Below, one piece after another: positions 25,191 through 33,896 of a stretch of 55,118 nt of DNA (position 1 is its first letter; every line of letters starts with the position of its first letter). The stretch comes from Alphaproteobacteria bacterium. Its GTDB lineage: Bacteria; Pseudomonadota; Alphaproteobacteria; Rhodobacterales; Rhodobacteraceae. The notes under the pieces are model-generated. The model ran no database searches, was not told where the DNA came from, and was given only the letters and a program-made list of their open reading frames with translations. Made by a program: the position numbers and the translations under genes. The stretch lies in assembly GCA_024277955.1 (NCBI GenBank), contig JAJRUE010000057.1, positions 1 to 55,118 on the forward strand, given 5' to 3'.

Positions 25191-25748
25191 TCAATTGCGC
25201 ACGGCGCGTACCGCGACCAGCATTCGGCGCAGCCCCCAGGCGGCGGGGATCAGCGGCAGGGCGGCGCTGTACATGCCGCTTTCATAATGAAACGTCCCGT
25301 CCACAAGGAATGGAAACACGAAATGCGCCAGTTCCGACACCACCATGGCGAAAAAGAACAGGCACAGGAAAAAATCGCCAAAGCGCCAGCGCAGCAGGAT
25401 CATCACCGCGCCGCCGATCCAGACCATCGGCGCCAGGAAGGCGGCCAGCAGCAGGAAATCGCGCTGCGACACCGGCGTGCCGCCCAGCCGCGACACCAGT
25501 TGCTCGAACCCGGTCAGGTATTCTTCGCCCACGTGGCCGATGAACAGCAGCACCGTCAGCAGGTAGGGCACCAGGATCGTGGTGGTGTCGATCGGGTGGC
25601 GCCACAGCGTTGCCACGAACAAGGCCAGCCCGCCGACAAAGGCCATCCCGATCACCGCCAGCGGCACCGGGCCCATCAGCAGCCAGGCCAGCGCTGGAAA
25701 GATCAGCACCGAAACGGCGGGGAGCAACAGATCGCGAGGATTTGACAT
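25191..25748 (-). CDS. HXXEE-domain integral membrane protein
   Basis: 185-aa ORF with about 5-6 hydrophobic helices and the motif GHVGEEY. It starts 27 nt downstream of the preceding gene. Confidence 0.75.
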   Translation of the reverse strand: MSNPRDLLLPAVSVLIFPALAWLLMGPVPLAVIGMAFVGGLALFVATLWRHPIDTTTILVPYLLTVLLFIGHVGEEYLTGFEQLVSRLGGTPVSQRDFLLLAAFLAPMVWIGGAVMILLRWRFGDFFLCLFFFAMVVSELAHFVFPFLVDGTFHYESGMYSAALPLIPAAWGLRRMLVAVRAVRN

Positions 25749-25775
25749 ATTCGACCTTTCTCGTCGGGCTTGGGC

Positions 25776-27392
25776 CTATTTCTTCTTGGAGTGCTGCTTT
25801 TCCAGCGCCGCGAATTTCTTTTCCATCGCCTTCAGAAAGGACTTGTGGCGCATCACGTCGCGGGCCACCGCATCGGCGATGGCTTGCGGGGACTCGTTGC
25901 CCTTCAGGGTGTCGATGGCCCCGCCCCAGGCGAATTTCAGAACGTCGTTGCCAAGGTTGCCGGCCAGCGATTCCACCACTTTGCTCATGTGTTCGATCTG
26001 CTTGGCGCCAGTCAGCCCCTTGAACCAGTCGTTCTTGTCCAGCCGCAGCTTTTTCAGCAACGCCGTGTCGCGGGTTGCATTGCGGGCGCTTCGGGCAAGT
26101 GACGTGCCAACCTTGTCGTTGGCGCGGCCCAGGTTGCCCAGCACCCCGCCGGTCATGGTCTTGTAAAGCCCGTCGACCATTTTTTTCTCGAACTGCTTGC
26201 CAAAGTTGTAGCTCTTGCCCTTGACGCCTGCCGTCTTGGCAAAATCGGTGACCATCGCCAACGCGGCCTCGAATACCTCGGTCACCGCCTGCCTGCCGGC
26301 GCCATGGGCCCAGTTCTTGAAGAACTTCTGCGCCACCGTCTGTCCGACAAAGCCGAACGGCGGCTTGCCGATGAGCCGGTCCGCCAGTTTATTGCCCATC
26401 TTACCGAAGTATTTTTCGTTCAACCCGCCTTTTACGCCGCCGCTGATGCCGTCGAGCATCACCGTCATCACGTCTTGCATGGCGCTGTCGTTGTAGCCTG
26501 CCAGCGACCGGCCATACTGGGTCGAGGCCGACTTGATCATCCCGAACAGCGCCCCGGCCGAGGCCTTGGCCTTTGTCGGCGTGGTCTTGCCGCGGGCGAT
26601 CAGGTAGGCCCCGGCGATGTAGGTGGCGATCTCGAAACTGGTGTCGCGCACCAGGTCCAGGTTTTCCTGCATCTTCTGGGCGCCGCCGGCGAACTTGTTG
26701 CCGTAGACCTCGACCTCGCGGGCGTATTCGTTCACCGCCTTTTTTGCCGCCGGCATCGCCGCGATCGCCTTGCGCAGGTCTTTCGACTTGAGCGCCTTGT
26801 CCACCTTCACCAGTGCGCCCCAGGCGGCGGGGCCCTTGGAAAAGCGCGGCTCTTTCAGCCCGGCGCGCACCGAGCTGGCCCACATTACCAGCGCGTCCAT
26901 GAAGCCGGTCGACCCGGTGGCGGCGTCGATGTAGAACTGCGCCGTGTCGTCGATGGTCTGGTATTGCGACGTCATCGCCGCCAGCACCCGGTCGAGCTTC
27001 TTGCAGGTCTCGGCCACCAGCTTGTCGAAATCCTTGGGCGTTACCGGGTAGGTCTTGCCCTTGACCACCACCTGCAGCACCTCGATTTCGACGCTGGGGC
27101 CCTTGCCGGCGGCGGCCTTTTTCACCAGCGCCTTGAAGGTGCGCCCGCCGGGGTCCACCACCCCGTCGGGTTTCTTGAAGCCATTGGCCTTCTGGAAAGC
27201 CGAGATCGCCTTGACGAAGGCGCCGTTGACGCGGCCGTTGACCTCGGCCTTCCGGCCGGCGGCGGCCAGCAGGCGCTGCACCACCATCACGTCGGCGGGG
27301 GCGTTCCTGACCTTGCCGCCCTCGCTGAACTCGGGGCGCGGATCGGCGCCCACGGGGGCCTTGATACGGGCTTTGGTGGCAGCTGCCGGCAT
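25776..27392 (-). CDS. Lysine-rich protein with N-terminal peptidoglycan-binding (PG_binding_1-like) domain; remainder has no recognised family
   Basis: ATG 27390-27392 preceded by GGAGGA. Residues ~30-95 (VMVVQRLLAAAGRKAEVNGRVNGAFVKAISAFQKANGFKKPDGVVDPGGRTFKAL) match the PG-binding repeat pattern. The remaining ~440 aa are helical-looking and K/A/G-rich, with no motif I recognise. There is no N-terminal signal peptide. Confidence 0.8.
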   Translation of the reverse strand: MPAAATKARIKAPVGADPRPEFSEGGKVRNAPADVMVVQRLLAAAGRKAEVNGRVNGAFVKAISAFQKANGFKKPDGVVDPGGRTFKALVKKAAAGKGPSVEIEVLQVVVKGKTYPVTPKDFDKLVAETCKKLDRVLAAMTSQYQTIDDTAQFYIDAATGSTGFMDALVMWASSVRAGLKEPRFSKGPAAWGALVKVDKALKSKDLRKAIAAMPAAKKAVNEYAREVEVYGNKFAGGAQKMQENLDLVRDTSFEIATYIAGAYLIARGKTTPTKAKASAGALFGMIKSASTQYGRSLAGYNDSAMQDVMTVMLDGISGGVKGGLNEKYFGKMGNKLADRLIGKPPFGFVGQTVAQKFFKNWAHGAGRQAVTEVFEAALAMVTDFAKTAGVKGKSYNFGKQFEKKMVDGLYKTMTGGVLGNLGRANDKVGTSLARSARNATRDTALLKKLRLDKNDWFKGLTGAKQIEHMSKVVESLAGNLGNDVLKFAWGGAIDTLKGNESPQAIADAVARDVMRHKSFLKAMEKKFAALEKQHSKKK

Positions 27393-27558
27393 GGGTCCTC
27401 CTGCAATGAACTGTCGAAAATACACGGCCGGGCGAGTCAATTCCGGCCAGTATAACCGCAGCCCCGCGATTTTCGGAATACCTTTTGCCGGGGCCGCAAG
27501 CTGCCCGCCCGCCGCCCACGCCGGTCCGCGCGCGGGCCCCGCCGGCAAAGCCCGGCGG

Positions 27559-27582
27559 GCAAGGTTTTTCGAAAAACCTTGC
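27559..27582. repeat. REP1 element copy C (single palindrome, TCGA-centre variant)
   Basis: gCAAGGTTTTTCGAAAAACCTTGc preceded by gccggcaaagcccggcgg, the same left flank as copy D. Confidence 0.85.
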
Positions 27583-27641
27583 CTCGCTCCGGCGTCGCGC
27601 CAAGGTTCGCCCCGCGCCCAGCTCCGGCCATTGGGGCGGCG

Positions 27642-28136
27642 TCAGCCCGCCGCGGCCCCGACGGCGGCGCCCAGCAGCCGGGCGCAGGCGCGCGCGGTGC
27701 GCCCGTCGCCATCCAGCGCGCCGGCCCAGCCGCTGAACGACAGCGCCCGGACCCGGTTGGACGCCACGAAAGCGCCCAGCGCCCCGGCGGCCTCGTCCAG
27801 CGACGGCCCGCCGGCCACCGGGTAGTTGTTGGCCGGCACTTGCGCCGCGTCCAGCACGTCATTGTCGATATGCAGATGCACCGGGCGCGCCAGCCGCAGC
27901 CCGGCCAGCGACGCCACGTCCAGCCGGACTACCTCGGAATTCGCCAGCGCCACGGCTTCCAGCGGGTCGAGATCGCGCGCCCCCACCAGGCGCACGTCGC
28001 GTTCGGCGACCGCGCGCACCGGGTTCAGCGCCGGCGTCACCCCGCCGGGCGCCGCCGCGGCCAGCGACGGCTCGGGGGTTGCCAAGAAAAACGGCGTAAC
28101 CATCCAGCGCGCATCCATGCCCCGCGCTAGCAGCAA
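27642..28136 (-). pseudogene. Arginase/ureohydrolase-fold remnant (C-terminal half only)
   Basis: 164-aa ORF carrying the family's third metal motif region (VHLHIDNDVLDAAQVP, GGPSLDEAAG), but nothing resembling the N-terminal metal-binding motifs. No room exists upstream (142 bp occupied by REP1). Confidence 0.45.
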
Positions 28137-28196
28137 ACCCGGGCGGTTTCAAACCGAGTGTCTCGGGCGGCGCCCTCCGCCGGCAAGGCCCGGCGG

Positions 28197-28244
28197 CCCA
28201 AGGTTTTTCGAAAAACCTTGGGCAAGGCGCTTGCAAACGCCTTG
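28197..28244. repeat. REP1 element copy D (double palindrome, TCGA-centre variant)
   Basis: cccAAGGTTTTTCGAAAAACCTTggg then CAAGGCGCTTGCAAACGCCTTG, preceded by gccggcaaggcccggcgg. Confidence 0.9.
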
Positions 28245-28278
28245 GTCCCGGCCCGGCGGTCCGCTCGGACCCCCGGCC

Positions 28279-28911
28279 TCAATCCTTGAAATACCGGCTT
28301 TCCTTGATCTGGTCCCAGGCCCAGACCACTTCCTGCAGCTGCTCTTCCTGCGACCGGTCACCGCCGTTCATGTCAGGATGCAGCACCTTGATCAGCGCCT
28401 TGTACTGCTTGCGCACCTCGGCCTTGGTCCAGTGGTCCTTGGCCTCGAGAATATCGATCGCCTTGCGCTCGGTGGGCGGCAGTTGCCGGGTGCCGGTGAT
28501 CGACTTGCCGGGGTTCTTGGTGGCGTTTTCGCCCAGCACCTGGTGCGGATCGTCGATCCCCAGCCGGGCCCAGGCCTTGGCCTCGTCGCCGCGCTTGCCA
28601 AAGGGCTTGGTCTCGCGCTCCCACACCCGGTCGCGGTCCATCTGGGCCTCGAATTCCTCTTCGGTGGTGCCGTTGAAAAAGTTCCATTTCAGATTGTATT
28701 CGCGCACGTGGTCCTTGCAGAACCACAGGTAGTCATCCAGCGAATCCGGCGATTTCGGCGCCCGGTACTTGCCGCGCTCCTGGCAGCCGGGGTGCTCGCA
28801 TTCGCGTGTCGAGGTCTCGAACGCCCCGGACATGCCACGCTTGCCGCGGGTCCGCTTCTTCTTGTCGGACGACACGGACATATCAAATCCGAACGGGTCT
28901 GGTTTTGCCAT
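28279..28911 (-). CDS. J-domain protein (C-terminal DnaJ domain, N-terminal Cys/His cluster)
   Basis: C-terminal J domain with HPD (YKALIKVLHPDMNGG). The N-terminal half carries CEHPGC...FCKDH. The start is taken at ATG 28909-28911 (MAKPDPF...). Confidence 0.88.
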   Translation of the reverse strand: MAKPDPFGFDMSVSSDKKKRTRGKRGMSGAFETSTRECEHPGCQERGKYRAPKSPDSLDDYLWFCKDHVREYNLKWNFFNGTTEEEFEAQMDRDRVWERETKPFGKRGDEAKAWARLGIDDPHQVLGENATKNPGKSITGTRQLPPTERKAIDILEAKDHWTKAEVRKQYKALIKVLHPDMNGGDRSQEEQLQEVVWAWDQIKESRYFKD

Positions 28912-28985
28912 GATTGCTGCCTTTTCGACTCGGACCCGAGAGTTTAGACCATTTGCCACAGGATAGAAGAGGGCAGGGACGAAAA

Positions 28986-29249
28986 ATGTCGATCACCGAA
29001 GAAATCCGCGAAAACCTGCTGAGCGCGCTGGCGCCCGAGTATCTCGAGATCGTCGACGACAGCGAAAAGCACCGCGGCCATGCCGGCTACCGGGAGGGCG
29101 GCGAAAGCCATTTCCACGTGACCATCCGCGCCGAAGCCTTCAAGGGCCTGTCCCGGATCGAGCGTCACCGCGCGGTGCATGCGGCGCTGGGCAAGGATCT
29201 GGTGGGGCGCATCCACGCGCTGGCGCTCACGCTGGAGACGCCGGACTAG
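28986..29249 (+). CDS. bolA: BolA-family protein
   Basis: 87 aa from ATG 28986, BolA-like (HFHVTIRAEAFKG, RHRAVHAAL). Divergent from the J-domain gene. Confidence 0.88.
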   Translation: MSITEEIRENLLSALAPEYLEIVDDSEKHRGHAGYREGGESHFHVTIRAEAFKGLSRIERHRAVHAALGKDLVGRIHALALTLETPD

Positions 29250-29554
29250 CCGCCTGTCGAGACCTCGCGGGCGTCACTGGTCCGACCAACGCGGGGCTCT
29301 GGCGTGCTGCCGCAAGGAATACCACCTGTCATTGAGTTTGCACCATCTTGGTGGAACCGTCCGGGACGCACAGCGGCCCGGGCATGCGCTCGTCCGCGCG
29401 ACTGCCTGCCCCATGTTGCACATGTGGTTGAAAACAACCACCACACACTCGCCAGCCCCGTCCCACCAGAAGAGCGCTTTCAGGGCCGCGGCGTCCACCC
29501 GGGCGACCGCCGGCCCTATGTCACGCCAGTCGGTGCTCCCCCGCAGCGCCCGAG

Positions 29555-30070
29555 CTAGCGCCCGCGGCCGTCCGTCGCCGCGTCGCCCTTGGCCTCGTCG
29601 CCATCCTTGCCGATCAGGGTTTCGCTCAGTGTGTCGCGGATGTCCTCCTGGCCGGTGTCCGCGCCGGGCGCATCGTCACCAGCCGCTCCGGCGTCATCCC
29701 CGCCAGCGCCGGCCGGCTGTTTCGCCGCCCCGGCACCGTCCACATCCCCGGTCACCGCGCGCGTCAAAGGCGGCACCGTGCCCGTGCCCGAGGCCGCCGC
29801 CAGCTGCGCCACCGCGCGCGCCTTGTCCGGCCCGGTCTTCACCTGGCGACCGAACACCAGCATGTTCTGATAGACCGTGGCCTTGCCGGTCAGCCCCTGG
29901 CGCTCGACCGCCGGCAGGGTGTCGCAGCGCAGATATTCCCAGCCCTCGGCGCCCATTTCGTTCATCACGTCCTGCAGCGCATTGGCAAAACGCGCTTCCG
30001 ACGTGCGCAAGCCCTTGGCCTTCCGGCCCTTCTTCGGTGCGGGGATTACCTTGTATTCATAACGGATCAT
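29555..30070 (-). CDS. DUF4177 domain protein with acidic/Gly-Ala-rich tail
   Basis: N-terminus MIRYEYKVIPAP...EGWEYLRCDTLP is typical of DUF4177. RBS GGAGAG lies upstream of ATG 30068-30070. Confidence 0.82.
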   Translation of the reverse strand: MIRYEYKVIPAPKKGRKAKGLRTSEARFANALQDVMNEMGAEGWEYLRCDTLPAVERQGLTGKATVYQNMLVFGRQVKTGPDKARAVAQLAAASGTGTVPPLTRAVTGDVDGAGAAKQPAGAGGDDAGAAGDDAPGADTGQEDIRDTLSETLIGKDGDEAKGDAATDGRGR

Positions 30071-30117
30071 CTGTCTCTCCGGCTGGGTGGCGACGTTCTA
30101 GGACGCGCGCGGCCCCA

Positions 30118-30132
30118 GTTCAACCGCCGTTC
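30118..30132 (-). promoter_or_regulatory. Candidate LexA (SOS) box upstream of the DUF4177 gene
   Basis: GTTC-aaccgcc-GTTC on the plus strand, 48-62 nt upstream of the minus-strand start codon. It has the same architecture as the boxes in the lexA promoter in this window. Confidence 0.4.
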
Positions 30133-30447
30133 GGGGCGCAATTTGTCCCGCCGTTCGGTCCGCAGCCCAGCCGAGCAATGCGGCCCTTGGCCCGCAGGCC
30201 TCTGCCGCGCCGCACGATTCGTCGCCCGTGGCCTTCCGAAACCCGGTCTTTCACCCGATCTGCGGGCGCTTGCACGGCATCCAGGGACAGAAAGCCGAAA
30301 TCCCCAACACTGTTTCACGGACCGTTACAATTGTGTCCGATTTCCGGCAAATTCGTGACGAAATTGCCTTGAATGGTTTGGAAAACGCGATGAAACCTGC
30401 TAATAATGACTTGAGAAGGTTACGGTTAAGTTCCGGAGGGGGACATT

Positions 30448-31137
30448 ATGAATAAAGCAAGACTTTTCAAACGCGCACTTGCCGGCCTGGCGCTTGCGGC
30501 CACGATGACCACGGCAGCCGCCGCGGCCACGTTCAATATCACGGGCGGCACCGCTTCGGTTCTCCCGGCGACCTACAACCCGTCCTGCAACGGCTGCACC
30601 GCTCCGGCGGTGGGTGACCCGATCACCGTGTTCAGCGGCTCGACCGGCGGTTCGATCGGTGGCGGTCTCGGGATCAGTTCTGCCGCAACGCTGCGGTTCA
30701 CCTTCATTGGCAAGGAAGCCGGTGCGATGAACGCGTTGTTCTCGATCGGCGGCGCGACGCTGACCAACACCGGTGGCTTCAACACCACTTTCACGGTCTA
30801 CCAAACCGTCGCGGGTTTCCTGAACTTCCTGTTCCAGACCCAGGAAGGCGGCCTGTGGGATGACATCAACGGCAACGGCGTCGGCAACGACCAGTTGGGC
30901 ATCTCCAACGGCGGGACCACCCAGTTCGGCGGTCTGTCGATGGCCTTCAGTTCGATCTTCAACCAGGGCAAGTCGGTCTACGCTTTCTTCGGCGATGGTC
31001 GCGGCGATGTCGACTTTGACGACATGGTTGTGCGCATCGACGTTGTGCCGCTGCCGGCGACCGCGCTGCTGATGTTCGGCGCCCTCGGTGGCCTTGGCGC
31101 CCTGCGCGCCCGCCGCAAGAAAGCCTCTGCCGCCTGA
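30448..31137 (+). CDS. Secreted protein with C-terminal VPLPA-CTERM sorting signal
   Basis: N-terminal signal peptide (LAGLALAATMTTAAAAA). The C-terminus is VVPLPATALLMFGALGGLGALRARRKK (VPLPA motif, TM helix, basic tail), preceded by GDGRGDVDFDDMVVRI (DUF4114-like). RBS GGAGGGGG. Confidence 0.8.
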   Translation: MNKARLFKRALAGLALAATMTTAAAAATFNITGGTASVLPATYNPSCNGCTAPAVGDPITVFSGSTGGSIGGGLGISSAATLRFTFIGKEAGAMNALFSIGGATLTNTGGFNTTFTVYQTVAGFLNFLFQTQEGGLWDDINGNGVGNDQLGISNGGTTQFGGLSMAFSSIFNQGKSVYAFFGDGRGDVDFDDMVVRIDVVPLPATALLMFGALGGLGALRARRKKASAA

Positions 31138-31161
31138 GGCACGCTTCCCCAAGTTTTGACG

Positions 31162-31192
31162 AAAAGGGCCGGGAATTTCCCCGGCCCTTTTT
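31162..31192 (+). terminator. Rho-independent terminator after the VPLPA-CTERM gene
   Basis: aaaaGGGCCGGG-aatttc-CCCGGCCCttttt. Confidence 0.85.
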
Positions 31193-31302
31193 CATGCGCA
31201 ACCGCCACTGATGCCGCTATTCGGCGTCACAATCCCGTGCACTACGGCTCGCCAATGGGCGCAATGCTCCGGGCCGTCCCGCCCGCCGGCGCCGTCCGGC
31301 GG

Positions 31303-31326
31303 GCAAGGTTTTTGCAAAAACCTTGC
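31303..31326. repeat. REP1 element copy E (single palindrome)
   Basis: gCAAGGTTTTTGCAAAAACCTTGc preceded by gccggcgccgtccggcgg. Confidence 0.85.
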
Positions 31327-31585
31327 GCCGCTCAACCGTCGCATGTCCTTGGGCCTCGTCCTGCTGCGGCCAGCTCGCAGGCCGCCCCTGGCTACCGTCG
31401 CCCCACGCCGGCCTCTGGCTACACCAGGCACAGCCGTTCGCCGAGGCGCAGCCGGTTGCCCGCAGCCGAGGCCGCATCACGCGTGCAAGCCGAAAAGCCG
31501 TGCGTTCCGGCAAACCGGCCCCGAACGCTCCAAAGACATCCGCGCGGCGGTTCGTGGGAAACCCGCGAAACCGGTCAGCCGTTTC

Positions 31586-33097
31586 TTACAAACCCAGTTT
31601 GGCGCGGATGATCTCGTTCACCGCCTTCGGGTTGGCCTTGCCGCCGGTCGCCTTCATCACCTGGCCCACGAACCAGCCCGCCAGTTTCGGGTTGGCTTTG
31701 GCCTTTTCGACCTGCGCCGGGTTGGCGGCGATGACCTCGTCCACCGCGGCCTCGATGGCGCCGGTGTCGGTCACCTGTTTCAGGCCCTCGGTTTCGACGA
31801 TCTCCGCCGGGTCGCGCCCGGTTGTGTAAGCGATTTCAAAGACTTCCTTGGCGATCTTGCCGCTGATATCGCCTTTCGAGATCAGCTCGACGATCATGCC
31901 CAGATGGGCCGCGCTCACCGGGCTTTCGGTGATCGAATGGCCTTCCTTCTTGAGCCGGCCAAAGAGTTCGTTGATCACCCAGTTGGCGGCCAGCTTGCCG
32001 TCGCGCCCGCGGGCGACTTCCTCGAAATAGGCGGCGTTGGCGATATCCGCGGTCAGCACCGAGGCGTCATAGTCCTTCAACCCGAAGTCCTTGATAAAGC
32101 GCGCTTTCTTGTCGTCCGGCAGCTCCGGCAGACTGGCCTCGATCGCGTCCACCCAGTCCTGTTCGATTTCCAGCGGCAGCAGATCGGGGCAGGGGAAATA
32201 GCGGTAGTCATGCGCCTCTTCCTTGGAGCGCATCGAGCGGGTTTCGCCCTTGTCCGGGTCGTAAAGCCGGGTTTCCTGATCGACGCTGCCGCCGTCTTCG
32301 AGGATCGCGATCTGGCGGCGCGCCTCGAACTCGATCGCCTGCTGGATGAAGCGCATGGAGTTCATGTTCTTGATCTCGCAGCGCGTGCCCAGGTGGCTGA
32401 AATCATTGGTTTCCCGGTAGCGTTCGTAGTCGCCGGGCCGGCACACCGACACGTTCACATCGGCGCGCAGATTGCCGTTCTGCATGTTGCCGTCGCAGGT
32501 GCCCAGGTAGCGCAGGATCTGGCGCAGCTTGGTGATATAGGCGGCGGCTTCTTCCGGGCCGCGGATGTCGGGGCGCGAGACGATCTCCATCAGCGCCACC
32601 CCGGTGCGGTTGAGGTCCACGAAGCTCATGTTCGGGTCCATGTCGTGGATCGACTTGCCGGCGTCCTGTTCGATGTGGATGCGCTCGACGCGCACCAGCC
32701 GCGCCACCCCTTCGCCCATCTCCACCAGCACCTCGCCTTCGCCGACGATCGGTTCGTAAAGCTGGGAAATCTGGTAGCCCTGCGGCAGGTCGGGGTAGAA
32801 ATAGTTCTTGCGGTCAAAGGCGCTTTTCAGGTTGATGCGCGCCTTCAGCCCCAGCCCGGTGCGCACCGCCTGTTCAACGCAGAACTCATTGATAACGGGC
32901 AACATTCCGGGCATCGCCGCATCGACAAAGGCGACGTTGGAATTGGGTTCTGCGCCGAACTGCGTCGAGGCGCCGGAAAACAGTTTCGCCTTCGAGGCCA
33001 CCTGCGCGTGCACTTCCATGCCGATCACCAGTTCCCAGTCGCCGGTGGCGCCGGAAATCCGTTTCGGTTGCGGGGCTTCGTAGCTGAGATCAAGCAT
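31586..33097 (-). CDS. gatB: Asp-tRNA(Asn)/Glu-tRNA(Gln) amidotransferase subunit B
   Basis: 503 aa from ATG 33095-33097 ([33 protein letters not shown]), with [15 protein letters not shown] and a C-terminal GatB/YqeY domain. Confidence 0.96.
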   Translation of the reverse strand: MLDLSYEAPQPKRISGATGDWELVIGMEVHAQVASKAKLFSGASTQFGAEPNSNVAFVDAAMPGMLPVINEFCVEQAVRTGLGLKARINLKSAFDRKNYFYPDLPQGYQISQLYEPIVGEGEVLVEMGEGVARLVRVERIHIEQDAGKSIHDMDPNMSFVDLNRTGVALMEIVSRPDIRGPEEAAAYITKLRQILRYLGTCDGNMQNGNLRADVNVSVCRPGDYERYRETNDFSHLGTRCEIKNMNSMRFIQQAIEFEARRQIAILEDGGSVDQETRLYDPDKGETRSMRSKEEAHDYRYFPCPDLLPLEIEQDWVDAIEASLPELPDDKKARFIKDFGLKDYDASVLTADIANAAYFEEVARGRDGKLAANWVINELFGRLKKEGHSITESPVSAAHLGMIVELISKGDISGKIAKEVFEIAYTTGRDPAEIVETEGLKQVTDTGAIEAAVDEVIAANPAQVEKAKANPKLAGWFVGQVMKATGGKANPKAVNEIIRAKLGL

Positions 33098-33279
33098 CGG
33101 TTGATATCCTGCGGTCACGATTTCACAGCGTTCTAGGGCAGGCTGCCGGGCGGGGCAAGGGGCTGTGCATGGGCGGCATCCCGCTGGCGCGCGCGCGACC
33201 GCCGCGACCGTCTGGACAAATCCCCACCCCAGGTGCGAGGCTCCCCTGACCCCACGGCCCCAGGCACAGGAGAACACGG

Positions 33280-33891
33280 ATGCTGGCACCAAGGCACTGG
33301 CGCCCCATCGCCCTTTCGGTGGCGCTGCTGGCGCTGGCGGGGTGCGCCAGCCGGGGCGTGCCAGAGGTGGGGCGCGGCAACGCGCTGCCGGCGATGGCCT
33401 GGGATCATCGCCCGCAGGCGGCCCGCTGGACCGTCGCGACGCTCGACGCCATCCGCCGCGACGGGGCGATCCTGGTGAAAACGGTGCCCGCCGACATCGT
33501 CGCCTGGTGCCCGGCCTACCCGTCCGCCGCGCCGGACGACCGGGCGGCGTTCTGGGCCGGGCTGCTGTCGATCCTGGCCAAGCACGAAAGCACCTGGAAC
33601 GCCGGCGCATCGGGGGGCGGCGGCCTGTGGATCGGCCTGACCCAGATCGACCCGCGCACGGCCCGCGGCTATGGCTGCAGCGCCACCAGTGCAGCCGCGC
33701 TCAAGGATGGCGCCGCCAACCTGCAATGCGCCGTCAAGATCGCCGCGTCCCAGGTGGGCCGGGACGCACAGGTGGCCGGCGCCCCCGGGGCCTGGCGCGG
33801 CATGGCGCGCGACTGGGCGCCGTTTCGCAGCCCCGCCAAGCGCGCGGACATGGCCGCCTGGACCCGCGCCCAAGGCTATTGCCGGAAATGA
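33280..33891 (+). CDS. Lipoprotein with SLT-like lytic transglycosylase motifs
   Basis: Lipobox LLALAGC. The catalytic-type region is AKHESTWN...GLTQI. Confidence 0.7.
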   Translation: MLAPRHWRPIALSVALLALAGCASRGVPEVGRGNALPAMAWDHRPQAARWTVATLDAIRRDGAILVKTVPADIVAWCPAYPSAAPDDRAAFWAGLLSILAKHESTWNAGASGGGGLWIGLTQIDPRTARGYGCSATSAAALKDGAANLQCAVKIAASQVGRDAQVAGAPGAWRGMARDWAPFRSPAKRADMAAWTRAQGYCRK

Positions 33892-33896
33892 CATTT

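Noticed and set aside
29274-29498. 74-aa minus-strand ORF and 84-aa plus-strand ORF (29304..29558) in the bolA-DUF4177 gap
   Set aside because: There is no RBS, the composition is odd (multiple Cys/Trp/Arg), the two ORFs overlap each other on opposite strands, and neither has a recognisable motif.
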